A DNA stretch of 64,000 nucleotides from Epiperipatus broadwayi. Its lineage: Eukaryota; Animalia; Onychophora. The notes under the pieces were generated by a model. It did not search any database, was not told the DNA's origin, and was given only the letters and a program-made list of their open reading frames with translations. This document shows, one piece after another, positions 41,724 through 54,564 of the stretch. Where the stretch lies: contig JAQFVV010000007.1 of the NCBI GenBank assembly GCA_028023455.1, positions 3,162,001 through 3,226,000 on the forward strand. The letters run 5' to 3'. Position numbers and translations under genes: made by a program. Position 1 is the stretch's first letter. Each line of letters opens with the position of its first letter.

Positions 41724-41944
41724 GTAAGTAATTTTCATTTTTGTTTCTAATAAATAGTATCATTACGATGTATATTATATTTTGTAAATTCTTCTGCAAT
41801 TATAAAAAGTACAATTAATTAATTTTATTTTTAATTTCTGAATTATATTATACAGAAATTTTTTTTTGTAAATTCATCCGCAATTATAAAAATTACAGCT
41901 ACAAGAGTAATACGATGTCTGGCATTGTCGGTGGTTTTGTAAAT

Positions 41945-42158
41945 CATAATATAGGTTTTTTGAGACTAGAGCATGTATTGGTCGTGCCTTTGGCCCATCA
42001 AAAACATCAGAGGCCACCCCCGCCAATTCCAGCACTACGCGCTGTATTTTATAATTGAGCATAATATAGGTTTTTTCAGAGTAGAGCATGTATTGGCCAT
42101 GCCTTCAGCCTGGAAAAACCATCGGAGGCCCCCCTTCCCATTCCAGCGCTATGCGCTG
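41945..42158. repeat. Tandem duplication of a ~100-bp GC-rich unit (period 115 bp)
   Basis: cataatataggtttttt...agagcatgtattgg...gaggcc...ttccagc.cta.gcgctg at 41945-42044 and 42060-42158. Confidence 0.85.
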
Positions 42159-42606
42159 ACTTTTCTAATTTTTAGTCAAAAAATGAGACACATTTTCAAA
42201 CTGTTTGTTTTATATATTTTTAACATAAAAATTGAGTTAAATATGATCGGAAATGTTATAAAGATAAGATAATTTTTCATGCAAGTATATTTTTTTGGTT
42301 TTTTTTTTTTTGTTATAATAATTTGTAATATAGAGTACGTTTTAAGTTATTGTCCTGGTCGCCATTAATAATGCCAGATTCGCATTAAATCGGGAAGTGT
42401 TCTTTATTTGACTATTTATTTTAAATTTACAAAAAAAAAATTGTACATATTTCTGCAATTATAAAATTTACACTTACTTTCAATTTCTAAATTATCAAAC
42501 TTACACATAATTACTTTTAATTTGTAAATTATTTTGACGCATGCATGTACATTTTTTTTTCAGGACCAACAAACATGGTGGTGCTCATTTATCTACCCGA
42601 CAGTCA

Positions 42607-42816
42607 TCTTTAGTATTTTCAAACCAATGACGTATTACCCTGAAGCCATATCAGTCTGATCTTGCGATCTTTAACATGCCAGGTCCACATGATCTGCGGA
42701 CAAATTTTAGCAATTGCATTTGTAAGCAAATCACTTGGAGACGTTATCTTAAAGATCGGAAGATCAGACTGATATGGCTTCAGGGTAATACATCATTGGT
42801 TGGAAAATACTAAAGA
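42607..42816. repeat. Inverted repeat or MITE (68-bp arms, 74-bp spacer)
   Basis: 42607-42674 vs 42749-42816 reverse complement, 3 mismatches by eye. Confidence 0.9.
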
Positions 42817-45517
42817 ACCGAATAAAGCAAATGAAAATGTCTTGTCAAAACTATTCTTACAATACTTTGTTGATTTTTTATAAATTCAATTTTAATATTT
42901 TACAGAGAATTTTCACTTTCTAATATTATGCTTTATTAAGACATTTAAAAAAATATTAAGTTTTGAAAGAAAATATTTGTTCAAAAATATTTTATAGCCT
43001 GTAGCTAATTGTTTTTAACTTTTTATTGCAAAGTTAATATTTTATTTTTAGCTTAATTTCATTTATTGAATTTGTGTATTCATGAAAAAAATATATAAAA
43101 CTTGGAGAATGAAAGTAGAAAATAAGACTTTATTCATTATAACAATATAACAAAAAAAAAAAATGTAAAAAACAATACATAATAGATAGTGTTGACTTAA
43201 GCATCATTTAAAAAAACTAAGATGATAAAATACCCCCCCCCCATAAAAATTAAAAATTTAAAGAAAAAAAATGGTATTCATCAAAATATGTAAGCCATAC
43301 AATCAAATTATCTCCAATTAAATACTTTTGGTGACATTTAATCCTTCTTTTGCTATCAATCTTTATCTCATGAATACCAAATCTTCAAAAAAGAATTGTT
43401 ACATTTATTATAAATTTAAATGTAAAATTAGCAAAGCAAAACAATTATTTAAATAAAAAATATTCTCTCAATCTTCAAATTTTAACATAAAATTAGTTTG
43501 ACATTTGTTAAAAGTGAAATGTTTAACAAGTTACATTAAAATTTAATTTCATAAATGAAGTTATATTTAACTTATAGTTCAAATGATTCAACTGTGCACA
43601 GAACTACCATATTTACATTTGATTTTATCTGCTACTGCAGTTTACAATGATAGACTTCATTCAACAAAATGAATAAATTAATTAAAGTGATTATGAAAAA
43701 AAGATTGATTCAAATGAGAATATGAAAAACTGGTGATTGCAAAGTTTAAATATATAAAATTAATTGACTAATGTAAAAATAAAAATAAAAAATCCTTAAA
43801 ATGCTAAATTAATTTACAAATAAATATGTTTAATTGTGATTATAACAATAATGAGCAATTAATATATTAAAAAAATACAAAAATAGAAACTCTTACCCAA
43901 AATACAATTGGAAATATAGTCAAGAACTGATTAATGTTAAAAGCATAATAACAAATGAGAAATTAAAATACAAAATTTAAATAAAAATTAAATATTAAAT
44001 TAAAAAATATCAGAGTAGTAAATTCAAAACAAAGTAAATACACATCAATTATACTAATAAAATATTACATTACATTAGATCCAAACTCCTCAATGATGAC
44101 TACCATAAGCCAGAAACTAGTTTGGAATATATGAATATAATAATATGATTTATTGCTTGCTAAGTAAACTATACCTGAAACACATCCAATTATGAGCCAC
44201 ATTGATCCAGCACAGACCAAACTCAAAAGTATGAGAGCACATAATTATAAATATGCTGTCACAATTATTTTTTTTTGTCTAAAATTTCAAATTACATTTT
44301 TAACAAGGTAATTTTCAAAAATTGGAACAGAATGACGTACAAATTCATAAAGTTTCCATTTTTATAAAACTTCATTTTTTTGGGAATTAAAAAGATTATC
44401 ATGCTAATAAAAAAAATTAACTCTAAAAGAAACCTATTCATAAATGTAAATTCAAATAAAAATTATTTTTAATTTCTTAATGTAAACATTATCAAAAAAC
44501 TGAATAATATCAGTACTGTCTCTGATATATTTTCCTTCACATTTCTAGTCTCACTATATAAATATTTATAAGGGAATTTCATCTTTATAGCTAAAAGGAA
44601 GTTGCCTTGACAACTGACTGAGATTGTTATCGATATTGGGATTGTCTAAGTGTTGATTGATTTTAATGATATATATATATATATTGACGCTTAATACTCT
44701 ACCATTATTAATAATATAAAAATACTAAAATTGAGATGAAATATGTTAAATAAAATTAATTAAACTGAATATACTTTCAATATGTGTGTCATAATCATGG
44801 TTGTTCTGTTGAGAATCTAATAGACCCATTTTTTGCCAGTATATATATAAAGCAACTAACATGACACTTATTTTCACTAAATATATGCCAAGTATTCCCT
44901 AAAGTTTCATACAATTATTATTACTGACTTCTGATAATCCTAAGAATAACATTTTTTTTTTAAAAAAAAATTGATTTCAACCTAGATGATAATTAACAAT
45001 TACTTTCTACTGAGCAATTTTAAATAATGTTTCACTGTTAACAACTTTCCTAATACCATCTTATATTATTGTTATCCAATTTAAATAATAAAACAAATAA
45101 AAGTAAAAGAAAATAGAAGTTAAAATAGATAAGAAAAAGATGCAGGCCACCTTTATAAAGATTATTTATTAGAAGGAAGATAAAACTATTCAATGTAAGA
45201 TTAATATAAATTTCATTGAAATTGTGTGATTAATATAAATTCACGTGTTGAAAATATTTAAAGATCACATGTTTATATATATATGCATAAAATTATGTAG
45301 TCACATACTTTCAAAACACTTCTTAAATTTAACTAACTCTTGAGTTAAAAAAAATTCATCTTTACAATTATCATATTTTTTTTTATTTTTAAACACTAAT
45401 AATTCTATTAAAAAAGAATGAATTTAAAGATATATATTAAAGATTTAAGATATTAACATGAAAATCAGATGATATTCAATTGTAAATTGCTATACGTCTA
45501 TGCAATAGTATACTTAC

Positions 45518-45610
45518 TTTGATTTCCCTAAAATCTAATTGTTGCTCTATTTTACATAATTCTTCCATTTGTTCCATTTTACGGGCTCCTTCATTGCACT
45601 CTTTTACAAT
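45518..45610 (-). CDS. Exn: Ephexin-family RhoGEF (ARHGEF16/26/NGEF-like) internal exon, end of DH domain and DH-PH linker
   Basis: T-tract AG acceptor, |gtaagt donor, 93 nt, phase 0: IVKECNEGARKMEQMEELCKIEQQLDFREIK. The CNEGARKME...QLDF..K motif is characteristic of the ephexin family. Confidence 0.85.
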
Positions 45611-47361
45611 CTAAAAAAAAAAAAGTTTAAATAAATATAAATTGTGTGTATTAATAAATAACTTTAAAAATACAGATATTTCTGCATGCATTTATTTATA
45701 TATGTAAAGTTTTATTTTTTAACAAAAATAATATTTTAAAAAATATATTAACATAAGAAAGTAAATTTCGTTACTTGAAAACTATTTTATAATTTAAATA
45801 ACTAAAGTATATCATGAATAAATAATCAATAAAAATTAAAAATATGATATTTAATAATAAAGAAAAGATATTTTATAATAATAAAATGTTTCAAGTGTTC
45901 AAAATGAGAAAAATGGAAGTAAAAAATTAAAACTTTTTTTTTAAAAAAAGGAGATAAAAAATAATCTCATCTATATACTTTAAGAATACCTGCATATATT
46001 TAAATATATATTTTGGGATGTGAGTAACCACTAATACCTAGACAATGATGAGATTAAGCCAAAATAGCATCATGGGGTTTTAATAATAAGCAACATATAT
46101 AAACACAAAATATATGTTTATATCATTTACCCATGAAAATGTTAATCCAAAGACTCTCGACTTGTTATCATTAGTGCAAAAGCTTTCTAGTAGAAATTAT
46201 TTACAATCTAAGTCAGATGTTAAGAAATATTATTCACATTTCTTAACTACAGAGAAAAGACAAGTCATTTCTTATCATCAACATTTCATATCCTTAAAAA
46301 TCCACTGCACAGTTTATCACATAAATTGTATTTCATTACTTTTTATAGAAAATCTGTTTACTTTGGGCTATGTTCATAGTCTGGATACAATCTTTAAATT
46401 TAGAAAGACCTCTTTGATTTCTTATCAAAAGAATAGTTTGGATTTATTTTTCTTTTTGAAATATATTATACTTTGTAAAAATGTAAAAGTATAGAAATGT
46501 TCTAAAATTTTAATGTTTATAAAGACATCTATCAGTCACAATAATATTGGCTCCTATACTTATTTTATATTTTCTACATAACTAAAAAAACTATACTTTT
46601 AACTACAGATATGTTTGATACCAAAGCAAAATAAATTGCTTCAAGAATCGTCTAACATTTTGTTTCCTCATTTTTTTATAAATATATTTCACTAATATAT
46701 ATATATATATTATGGATAAGCAACATTAGTGCAAAAATCTGAGTTTAAAAACAAGTTTGTATTTAAAAAGTTTTTGGAAAGGCATGAATATAAATTTGTA
46801 ATTATATTGGTAAAAGGTGAAATGCAATATACTAGCTAATATTCATTAAATAATTTAATTGCCCCCCTCCCATTATTTACATTTACTTCATTATGAATAA
46901 ATTTTGCATTGATAAGTGGCAGAAATTCAAATACTGAATTGTAATAAAAGCTGCACTATTTTTATATACTGTAACAGTGATAAAAAGATGTTTAAAAAGT
47001 ATTACTAAATATTTGCATTGCTTTAAAACAAAATTAAAAAATAAATAAAAATATTACCTACATAAATATTTCATAAAATTTTTGCATTATTCGTAGTAAA
47101 TAAATCCATAACAAAAGTTAAGCAAATTAGTAATCTTTTTTGAAAATGTCATAAAAATGACTGCTTATATTTTGAATATAAATGTTTAATTTAAATTTCA
47201 AACATTTTTGTTTTATAAGTTGAAAATACATAAAAAAACTGACAAGACTTTTTTATAATAAGAAAATCTATCTTGAGAAAATATTTCTACATCAATTTAG
47301 AATTAAACAATTCTTGCATGAAAATTGCTAACATTCTTTTAAAATAAACTTTTAACATATA

Positions 47362-48399
47362 ATCATCATCATCATCATCAACCACTATCAATCCACTGCA
47401 GGATAAAGATCTCTCCAAGTTCAATCCATCTTCTCGGATCTTTAGCTTCTCTTCTCCACACCACCCTTGCACAATTTCTTATTACATCCATCCATCTCAC
47501 ATGTGGTCTCTTTCTAGGTCTTTTACAATATCTTTGAATCTGGTTTAAGATTTCAATTGTTCATCTACTATCATCTCTTCCAGCAATATATCCAGTTCAA
47601 CTCCACTTCAGTCTTTTAATTTTTTCAATGACATCAGAAACACTTGTTTGGTCTCTTACCCATATATTGTGTTTTTGATCTCTTCTTGTTACACTCAACA
47701 TGCATCTCTCCATACTTCTTTGAATGGTCTGAAGTCTCTGTATTACTCTTTTACTAAGTATCCAAGTCTCAGATCCATAAGTAAGAACTGGTAAAACACA
47801 TTTGTTAAAAACCATTCTTTTCAAACACATAGGCATATTTCTTTTTAGTATCAAGTTATTTCTACCAAAAGCACTCCAACCAAGTTTAATTCTATGATTA
47901 ATTTCCTCCATTATGTTTCCATCTGTATTAATAATGTGACCAAGGTATTTGTAGCTGTTAACTTCTTTTAACTCATCATAATCAATCTTTATTTTCATAT
48001 TTTGAAAAAATCCATTAAACATTACTTTAGTCTTTTTAACATTTATCTTTAGTCCTACTTTCATCTGATAACTCCTGCAACATTTCCTACAGCTCTAAAG
48101 TATCATTTGAAAAAACAATGACATCATTTGCAAAATCTAAATGACTTAAATAATCTCCATTTACTTTCACTCCTTTAGCTTCCCATTTTAATCCACAAAA
48201 TACTTCTCACAGCATTGCTGTAAAAAGTTTTGGAGATATGGAGTCACCCTGTCTTATACCCTTCTCAATGTTGACTTTTCTAGTAACATTATATAATCTA
48301 ATCGTTGCTGTTGCACTTTAATAAATATTCTTTAAAATATGACAATATCCTGGATCTATACCTTTATGATCCAATGTTTTAATCACTGAAGAAATGTTT
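47362..48399 (-). mobile_element. 5-prime-truncated RTE-clade LINE (RT domain to 3-prime microsatellite tail)
   Basis: KGIRQGDSISPKLFTAML*, decayed FADD (DFAND), GLKINVKKTKVM, YKYLG, CVLPVLTYGSETW (ORF 47597-48064), and a (GAT)n tail at ~47362-47380. Confidence 0.9.
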
Positions 48400-48402
48400 A
48401 TA

Positions 48403-48632
48403 TAATAATATGTTGGACTACTTACAACTATCATTTATAAATATATTCTATTTCTATTATCTGTTGCTTTTGACAGAATAGCTCAGTTGGTTAGATAATA
48501 GTGTTGCCTTAAAATTTGATATTCAACAATCTAAAGGTGTAAGTTTGATTCTTTGCTAATACTTAAAGAAGAGTGGAGAATAATAGTACTCAAAAAGTGA
48601 TAGATGATGAAAATAGTCCAACATATTATCAT
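48403..48632 (+). mobile_element. TIR element with tRNA-like internal head (copy 2 of the 31182 family)
   Basis: Same TIR (ataatatgttggacta / tagtccaacatattat). A-box TAGCTCAGTTGG at 48479-48490 and B-box-like GTTTGATTC at 48543-48551. Confidence 0.75.
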
Positions 48633-49555
48633 GTCTAATATATTCTGTATAAAACCTATTTGTTTCAAATGTCAATGAAACCCAACTTTTAATATAAAGT
48701 CAATCATTTTTTCATTTTTTAAAAATATTGTATGGTAAGTTATTGGTTTTTATTCAGCTTAAGAATAAATTTGACTTCTTTTAAAAATATATGTTATGAA
48801 TATTAAAGTGCTCACTTTTTTAAATCTTGACTGACTTAATTTAGCTATGGAGCATTGGAAACCACTGCCTGATAAAAGCTGTTTCTTTTGTTACAGAAAA
48901 TAAATTTTAGTTTAAAATCATAATTTCTTTCCATTTCTAGATTAAAAAGACATTTATAAATCTGTATTATAGACAAAAAACTGATCACATAATTTTCTTT
49001 TTTGATAAAGAAATCACAATTTGACATTACAAATGGTCCTGCATTTTATCTTTCATTGGTTATTGAAAATAATTTTTTAGTATAGAATTGTAACTTCACT
49101 GTTTCTGGACTCTGGACATAATTGGGAAAATCGATATAATATAATAGTTTAATTTCTTTCTAAAAATGTACTATGAATAAAAAAAAATCCCATTCCCCAC
49201 TCTTTGATATCTATTAAAGTAATAACTATTTGACATTAGAAACTGCTGTACATGTCATTTATAGTTAAAATATATATGTAGTGCATGTATTAACATAAAT
49301 ATTCAGATTTGCACTGCTGTGTTAACTATCTTATAAGTATTCAAAAAAAAAAAAGAGTTCTATAATTTGTGCAATTTGGATTATTTATTATGAAGCTATA
49401 CAAATTTATCTATATAAAGTTGTACCACTTACTAATATAAATAAGTAGCAAAAACAATACATTACATCCATATTTTAAACAGATAAAGAACAGCAGAAGA
49501 AAATCTCATTATTTTAGATATATTGCAATAATTTGTAAAGTATTATATATATATA

Positions 49556-49770
49556 TGACAATAGATGGCGTATCAAAAACACCGTCAAGCGTATGTTTGT
49601 TTACATAAACGTCAGAGCAAGCATTCACTATCTCTTAACTTTAGTTCCACCTTCAGATCATGATTTCAAGCTATTTGCTATCATCAGTGAAGGACAGGAA
49701 ATTATTCCTGACGTTTATGTAAACAAACATACGCTTGACGGTGTTTTTGATAGAACGCCATCTATTGTCA
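49556..49770. mobile_element. MITE with ~60-bp TIRs and a TA target-site duplication
   Basis: TGACAATAGATGGCG...cgtttatgtaaacaaacatacgcttgacggtgtttttgat...CGCCATCTATTGTCA, flanked by TA on both sides. Confidence 0.9.
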
Positions 49771-50134
49771 TAAATACAAGCATTAGCAAGTTTTAACTTG
49801 CTTTTTGTTTTTCATATATATATTCATTCCCAAAATTAAACTATTCCAAATAACTTTAAATATTCTAGCCAAACAAACTTCAAATTGCATTAAACATCTA
49901 AATTGCTATATAATCTTAAAAATTAACCAAGGACTCTACAATACACACGTTACTGGATCTAAACACGCATAATTAAATGATTATGAAAAGTAGTGAGAAT
50001 GGATAATAAAGAAAGAATAAAAATGCAAAATTAAGTTACAATCTTATAGCAGAGCGTTTTCTAGTTTTTAATTTGTTTATTAAGTGTCCAAAATTGATTA
50101 AGTGCTACAGAGAAGGTTTTATAACCTTCCCAAG

Positions 50135-53009
50135 ATGGATGCTGACTGTCAAAATCAGAATAAGCAAGCATTCAGTAGTATTAAACTTAATGACATTTTG
50201 AGACATGATCAAGTAATTCCGGAAGTATTTAAACAATCTAAATCAATTAAAAATAGTTCAGAAAGATGTTTAGAGGTGAAAGAACTAAAGAAAGTTCAGA
50301 AAAAAATGAAATTTGAGGGAAATAAAAAAACTGTTTTGAAGAAAAATTCAAATGGTACCAAAAATATGGTAGATATTGGGCTAAAGATCAATGAAAACAT
50401 TGAGATACAGCAAATTAAAGTTGATACAATGAAACATAAGCTAAATATTAATGATACTGCCAAGTTTCATGGAAATCTATCACAAAATAAAATTGTGGGC
50501 GGGTCCGTCACAAAACTACTAAAATCTAAAACTATAATTAAAAATCACAGGAATTTTGTCACAAGAGAGGGCGCTGTGCCCCATATTCATGATAGAGAAG
50601 CAGAACTGAAACGAAACAAAGACGAATATCACCAAAGAGACTCTACATTGATCAACACAAAAATAAATACTGAAGGATAAACTAAAAACCTCAGGAGAAG
50701 TACACAAAGTAATTATCTAGACAAAACCATGACAACTAAAAGCCAAAGCTTGGAAAAAAATAGGGAAAAAGTTACAGAAGCCCAGAAATATCCAGTTGAA
50801 CCTGCTGGTGAGAGCAATAATGCAGAACTAACACTTCCAACGTTTGCAGAAAAGTTAAAAAAGGATACTAAGACTTCTAAATGGCAAGGTTTCAAAACCC
50901 CATATGCCAATGGCTTTCAAATGGAGCAGGGGGTTATGGGCCTTGAGACAAAGCTAGAGCTAGTGGTCAGAGGTCATGAAAACAATCTGAACAACGCAAA
51001 GTATGGGAAAACTAGTCGTGCTGGCATCTCCTATGAGAATAAATTTGAGAATGGCTTAATATATCATAATGTTGAGTCAAGTACAAACAACTCTAATCAG
51101 GATAGAAATAATTTAATTCCAGAAGACTTTCAATCAATCAATGATGAATTTAATAATAGAATTCCTCAGAAATTGTTTAATTCCTTTCTTACCTTCCAGA
51201 ATCAGTATACTTTAACACTGAGCACAACGAATAAAAAATGTGAACTTTTCATATTTCCAATAAATGAGCTATTTGTCTTAATCAAGGATTTAAATATCAT
51301 TGATTCAATAAGAAGGGTCTACTATCACCTAACAAAAAATATATCACATTAGAATTTGAGAACACTTTAGCCAAAGAAAGATTCAAAAGATCTCAAATGT
51401 TTCTAGATGGAAAATATTTAGTGAAAATTGACCTGGAAAGACCAAGATTGATAACAGGTATGGTGCGGAATTGTCATGTGGCATTTGAAAAAGATGAATT
51501 GCAGGGACTATTAGTACAGTTTGGCTCTATTGAACGATTCACTTTCCTAATGGAAAGAAGAACAGGGATTCAGCTGCCATCCAATAACGCAATATTTACA
51601 ATGAGGCTGACTAAAGGTATCAGTCCACTGGATATACCATCTATTTTTGAGTAGAATAAAAGCCCAATATACATAGTAATTCAAGGAATTCAACCACAGT
51701 GTTATGGATGTGGAGACACTGGCCATTTAATTAGGGCCTGTCCAAAAAGAGTATGCACAGAATGTGGGGAAAGCTATAGTGGGTTCCACAAATGTACAAT
51801 AACATAAGCAATCCTTCATTTATAAATCAACAATTAAAACTAAAATCACAAGAATCTCATTTAAAAGATAAAGTGAAAACAAATAACTACATTATAAGGA
51901 AAATCAAGAAACCTTGCACAGTAGATTTGAAGATGGGGCAAATGCAGGTGAAGCTAGAGATACAGCCAAAGAGATAAAGAAACAATCAGCACAGGCAGAA
52001 CTGACCAACTCCGAATCAATACAATCTGAAGAATCTGAAGGCATATTAGAAGAAATAGGTCAATTAAAAGAAGCAAGAGGAAAAATAAGAATGGCTCTGG
52101 CTCGCAAACTGATAAGCATAGTGTTGTGGGCTCAAACATCGAGCTGTGTGGTGAACAAAAAAAAGAAAACTGAGGGTCTCTCAAGGAGAAAGAGAAAAAG
52201 GAAAAGAAGACAGAAGAAGTTTGCTCAACAGGAGTCAGGGGATGAGATGGAAACTAAATAAGAAGGTCAGATAGTCAATGACCAAGAGGTAATGGAATGT
52301 GATATTTTAGCTCATCCTATGATCTTCAAATGTATTGTTGAATCTAAAGGGGCATATCTTTTTTGGAAGGGGCATGTATGTAGCAACAGTGAAGTAGGGC
52401 AGATAATTTCAGAAGAGGCAGATAATCCAGAGGAAAAAAAATCAATAACATAGAAGAACAATGGAACGATGAGGCTTGTAGGGACCGGTCCGGAAGCAGG
52501 CAAGGTGAAGTAGTGCAGGGTATCATAGAAAAGTCTGATAATCCAGTCAAAGAACTTGATAATGTAGAAGAGCAATGGAGCGATGAGGCTCATAGTGACA
52601 GTTTTGGAAGCGAGGAAGTAGATGGCTATCCAAAGGAAATGCAGCAACAAATTAGTACTAGTCCTGGGTGTACTGATGAAACAGAAAAAATCACAGATGA
52701 TGAAGAAATAAGCTCACAAGAGGAAAATTTTGAAGAAAACTCCGAACAGGAAAGCAATAGAAATTCAGAAACAGATTAAAGTATGAATTCCATAAAGGCA
52801 GTTTATACAAAGACATAGCAACATAGATGAAGTTTTAAGAATCTGTGAATTAAAGGAGTTGGCAATTCAAAGACTCATGAATCAATGGAGAAGACTAGGG
52901 TTATTGACTGTAGTATGATCTAAAGATTCATTTTTAACAAATGTATTTACATCATGTAGTGGGTGATCAGTCACCTGCATTTTTTTTTCCTTAATAAAAA
53001 AAAAAAAAA
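50135..53009 (+). mobile_element. ORF1-only L1/Tx1-type retroelement relic (RRM-like region plus CCHC knuckle, acidic tail, poly(A))
   Basis: ORFs 50102-50680, 50729-51352, 51304-51807, 51914-52261 and 52513-52779 join through single stops and frameshifts into one ~880-codon frame. CYGCGDTGHLIRAC at 51700-51741. AATAAA plus an A-run at 52993-53009. No APE/RT follows. Confidence 0.75.
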
Positions 53010-54564
53010 CTTACTTATAAGACATATTAGATGATTAACTGTGAAATAATTCACAAATCTTAAATCACTATTGAATGATTTAATATTTGACTTTATCATG
53101 ACATATTAAATATTTTGTCATCAAGTATGTCTTAACTGAAAGTATTATATTAATATGAATTATTGATAATGCTCAGAGGCATCTGATGATGTTCAATCTC
53201 AGAAACAAATATTCTGCAAAAGAATCAATTAATGAACATTTAATGTTGCACGATAACTTGGGCATTTGATGTAATATGCAGTTTGAAAGGTTAGAATATT
53301 GAAAATTATTTGGAGTAGTTTGATTATGTGTATGTATATATATAAATACAAATATAACTGTAAGGGCTTTCAGGAATAATTGTGCAGTGTTAAATATACA
53401 TTTTAGTATTTTATATAGTTATTCTTCAAAGCTTCCATATATTAAATCTTCACTTCAATATATAATAATTAAATGGTTACTTGCTTAAAAGAACCTTTGA
53501 GGTTCAAGCAACCAAAAGGAGGTTGGGGACCTACTTGAATGTTATTTTTTACTTTACTCAGATGAATGAACTTGGGAGATATATCTCCCAAGTCTATGCT
53601 AACCAAACAAGTCATAGTTATATGTTATGTTTATTCTATAGTATTGCTTTTGAGAAATTGTATGCTGATGTTATAGTTGTATTTATTTTTTACTCAAAAA
53701 TAAAATAATAAAACAGATATATGTAACTTGCAATATTTTGAATAGAATCAAAGTGAAAATACAATCATAATAAAAGAACAAATAATATTAACAATCAAAA
53801 TATAGAATTATTAATCGGATAAAAGTTCTGAGAATGATTTGAAGTAAATTGTAAATTACAATTCTAATATAGGAAAGATTATGAGCATAAGCACAAATGT
53901 TTCTTTTCCATTTATCAAAAATGCATAAATATATTGTCTGATCAATGATTTTTGACTCAATGATATCAAAATAATCTAGTCAGAGCTTTAATCATTAGTT
54001 TATTATGTGTAAATATAGACATTAAAACCAAATGAACATCAAAACCAAATGAACATCACATGACATTGTAATTCCGTCACCTATTATAAAATTAAATAAT
54101 CAAAAAATTCTAGATGGTAGTGCTTATTAAATCCACATCTAGTGCTATAATATCCATGTCACAAAATTACTTTCTGACTTACAGTCTTTATCAGCAAGGA
54201 GCCTAGTTATTAAAACAACAAGCTAGTGTCACATATGTATAAGTTGGCTTGGATTCAAAACACTAAGATTTTTAACTGCAGGCTAATAATTTGATAATTT
54301 AAAAAAGAGTGGGAAAGTCACTGAATTGAAAGTGTATTAAATCCAAAAAATCCAGATGCACTAGATTCACATCCATAAGCCAGAAATTAATCTGGAGATG
54401 TGGATATAATAGCACTGGATAGGGTAGTCGATGACATAATTAAAGAAATATGAGCTTACTTCTGAAAGGATTATGTTTTTAAGTTGAGAATATGAGATGT
54501 TTGATTTTAATCCTAATCAAAAGAGAAAAGTGTCTATAGTTATTAATGATGGGTAACCAAATAT

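Noticed and set aside
43896-44250. Two small minus-strand exons giving ...WLIIGCVS/VLDYISNCIL
   Set aside because: The first has an in-frame stop just after its acceptor, and the peptide matches nothing I recognise, including ephexin.
127-49027. Most 60-130 aa ORF-track entries rich in F, I, L, Y, K and N (e.g. 127-318, 19183-19446, 36500-36772, 46114-46494)
   Set aside because: Composition is that expected of random frames in very AT-rich DNA; no motifs or splice support.
54137-54420. 24-bp imperfect inverted repeat just upstream of the 5-prime LTR
   Set aside because: About 20 of 24 matches and no clear TSD; at most an old MITE, unrelated to the LTR boundary.
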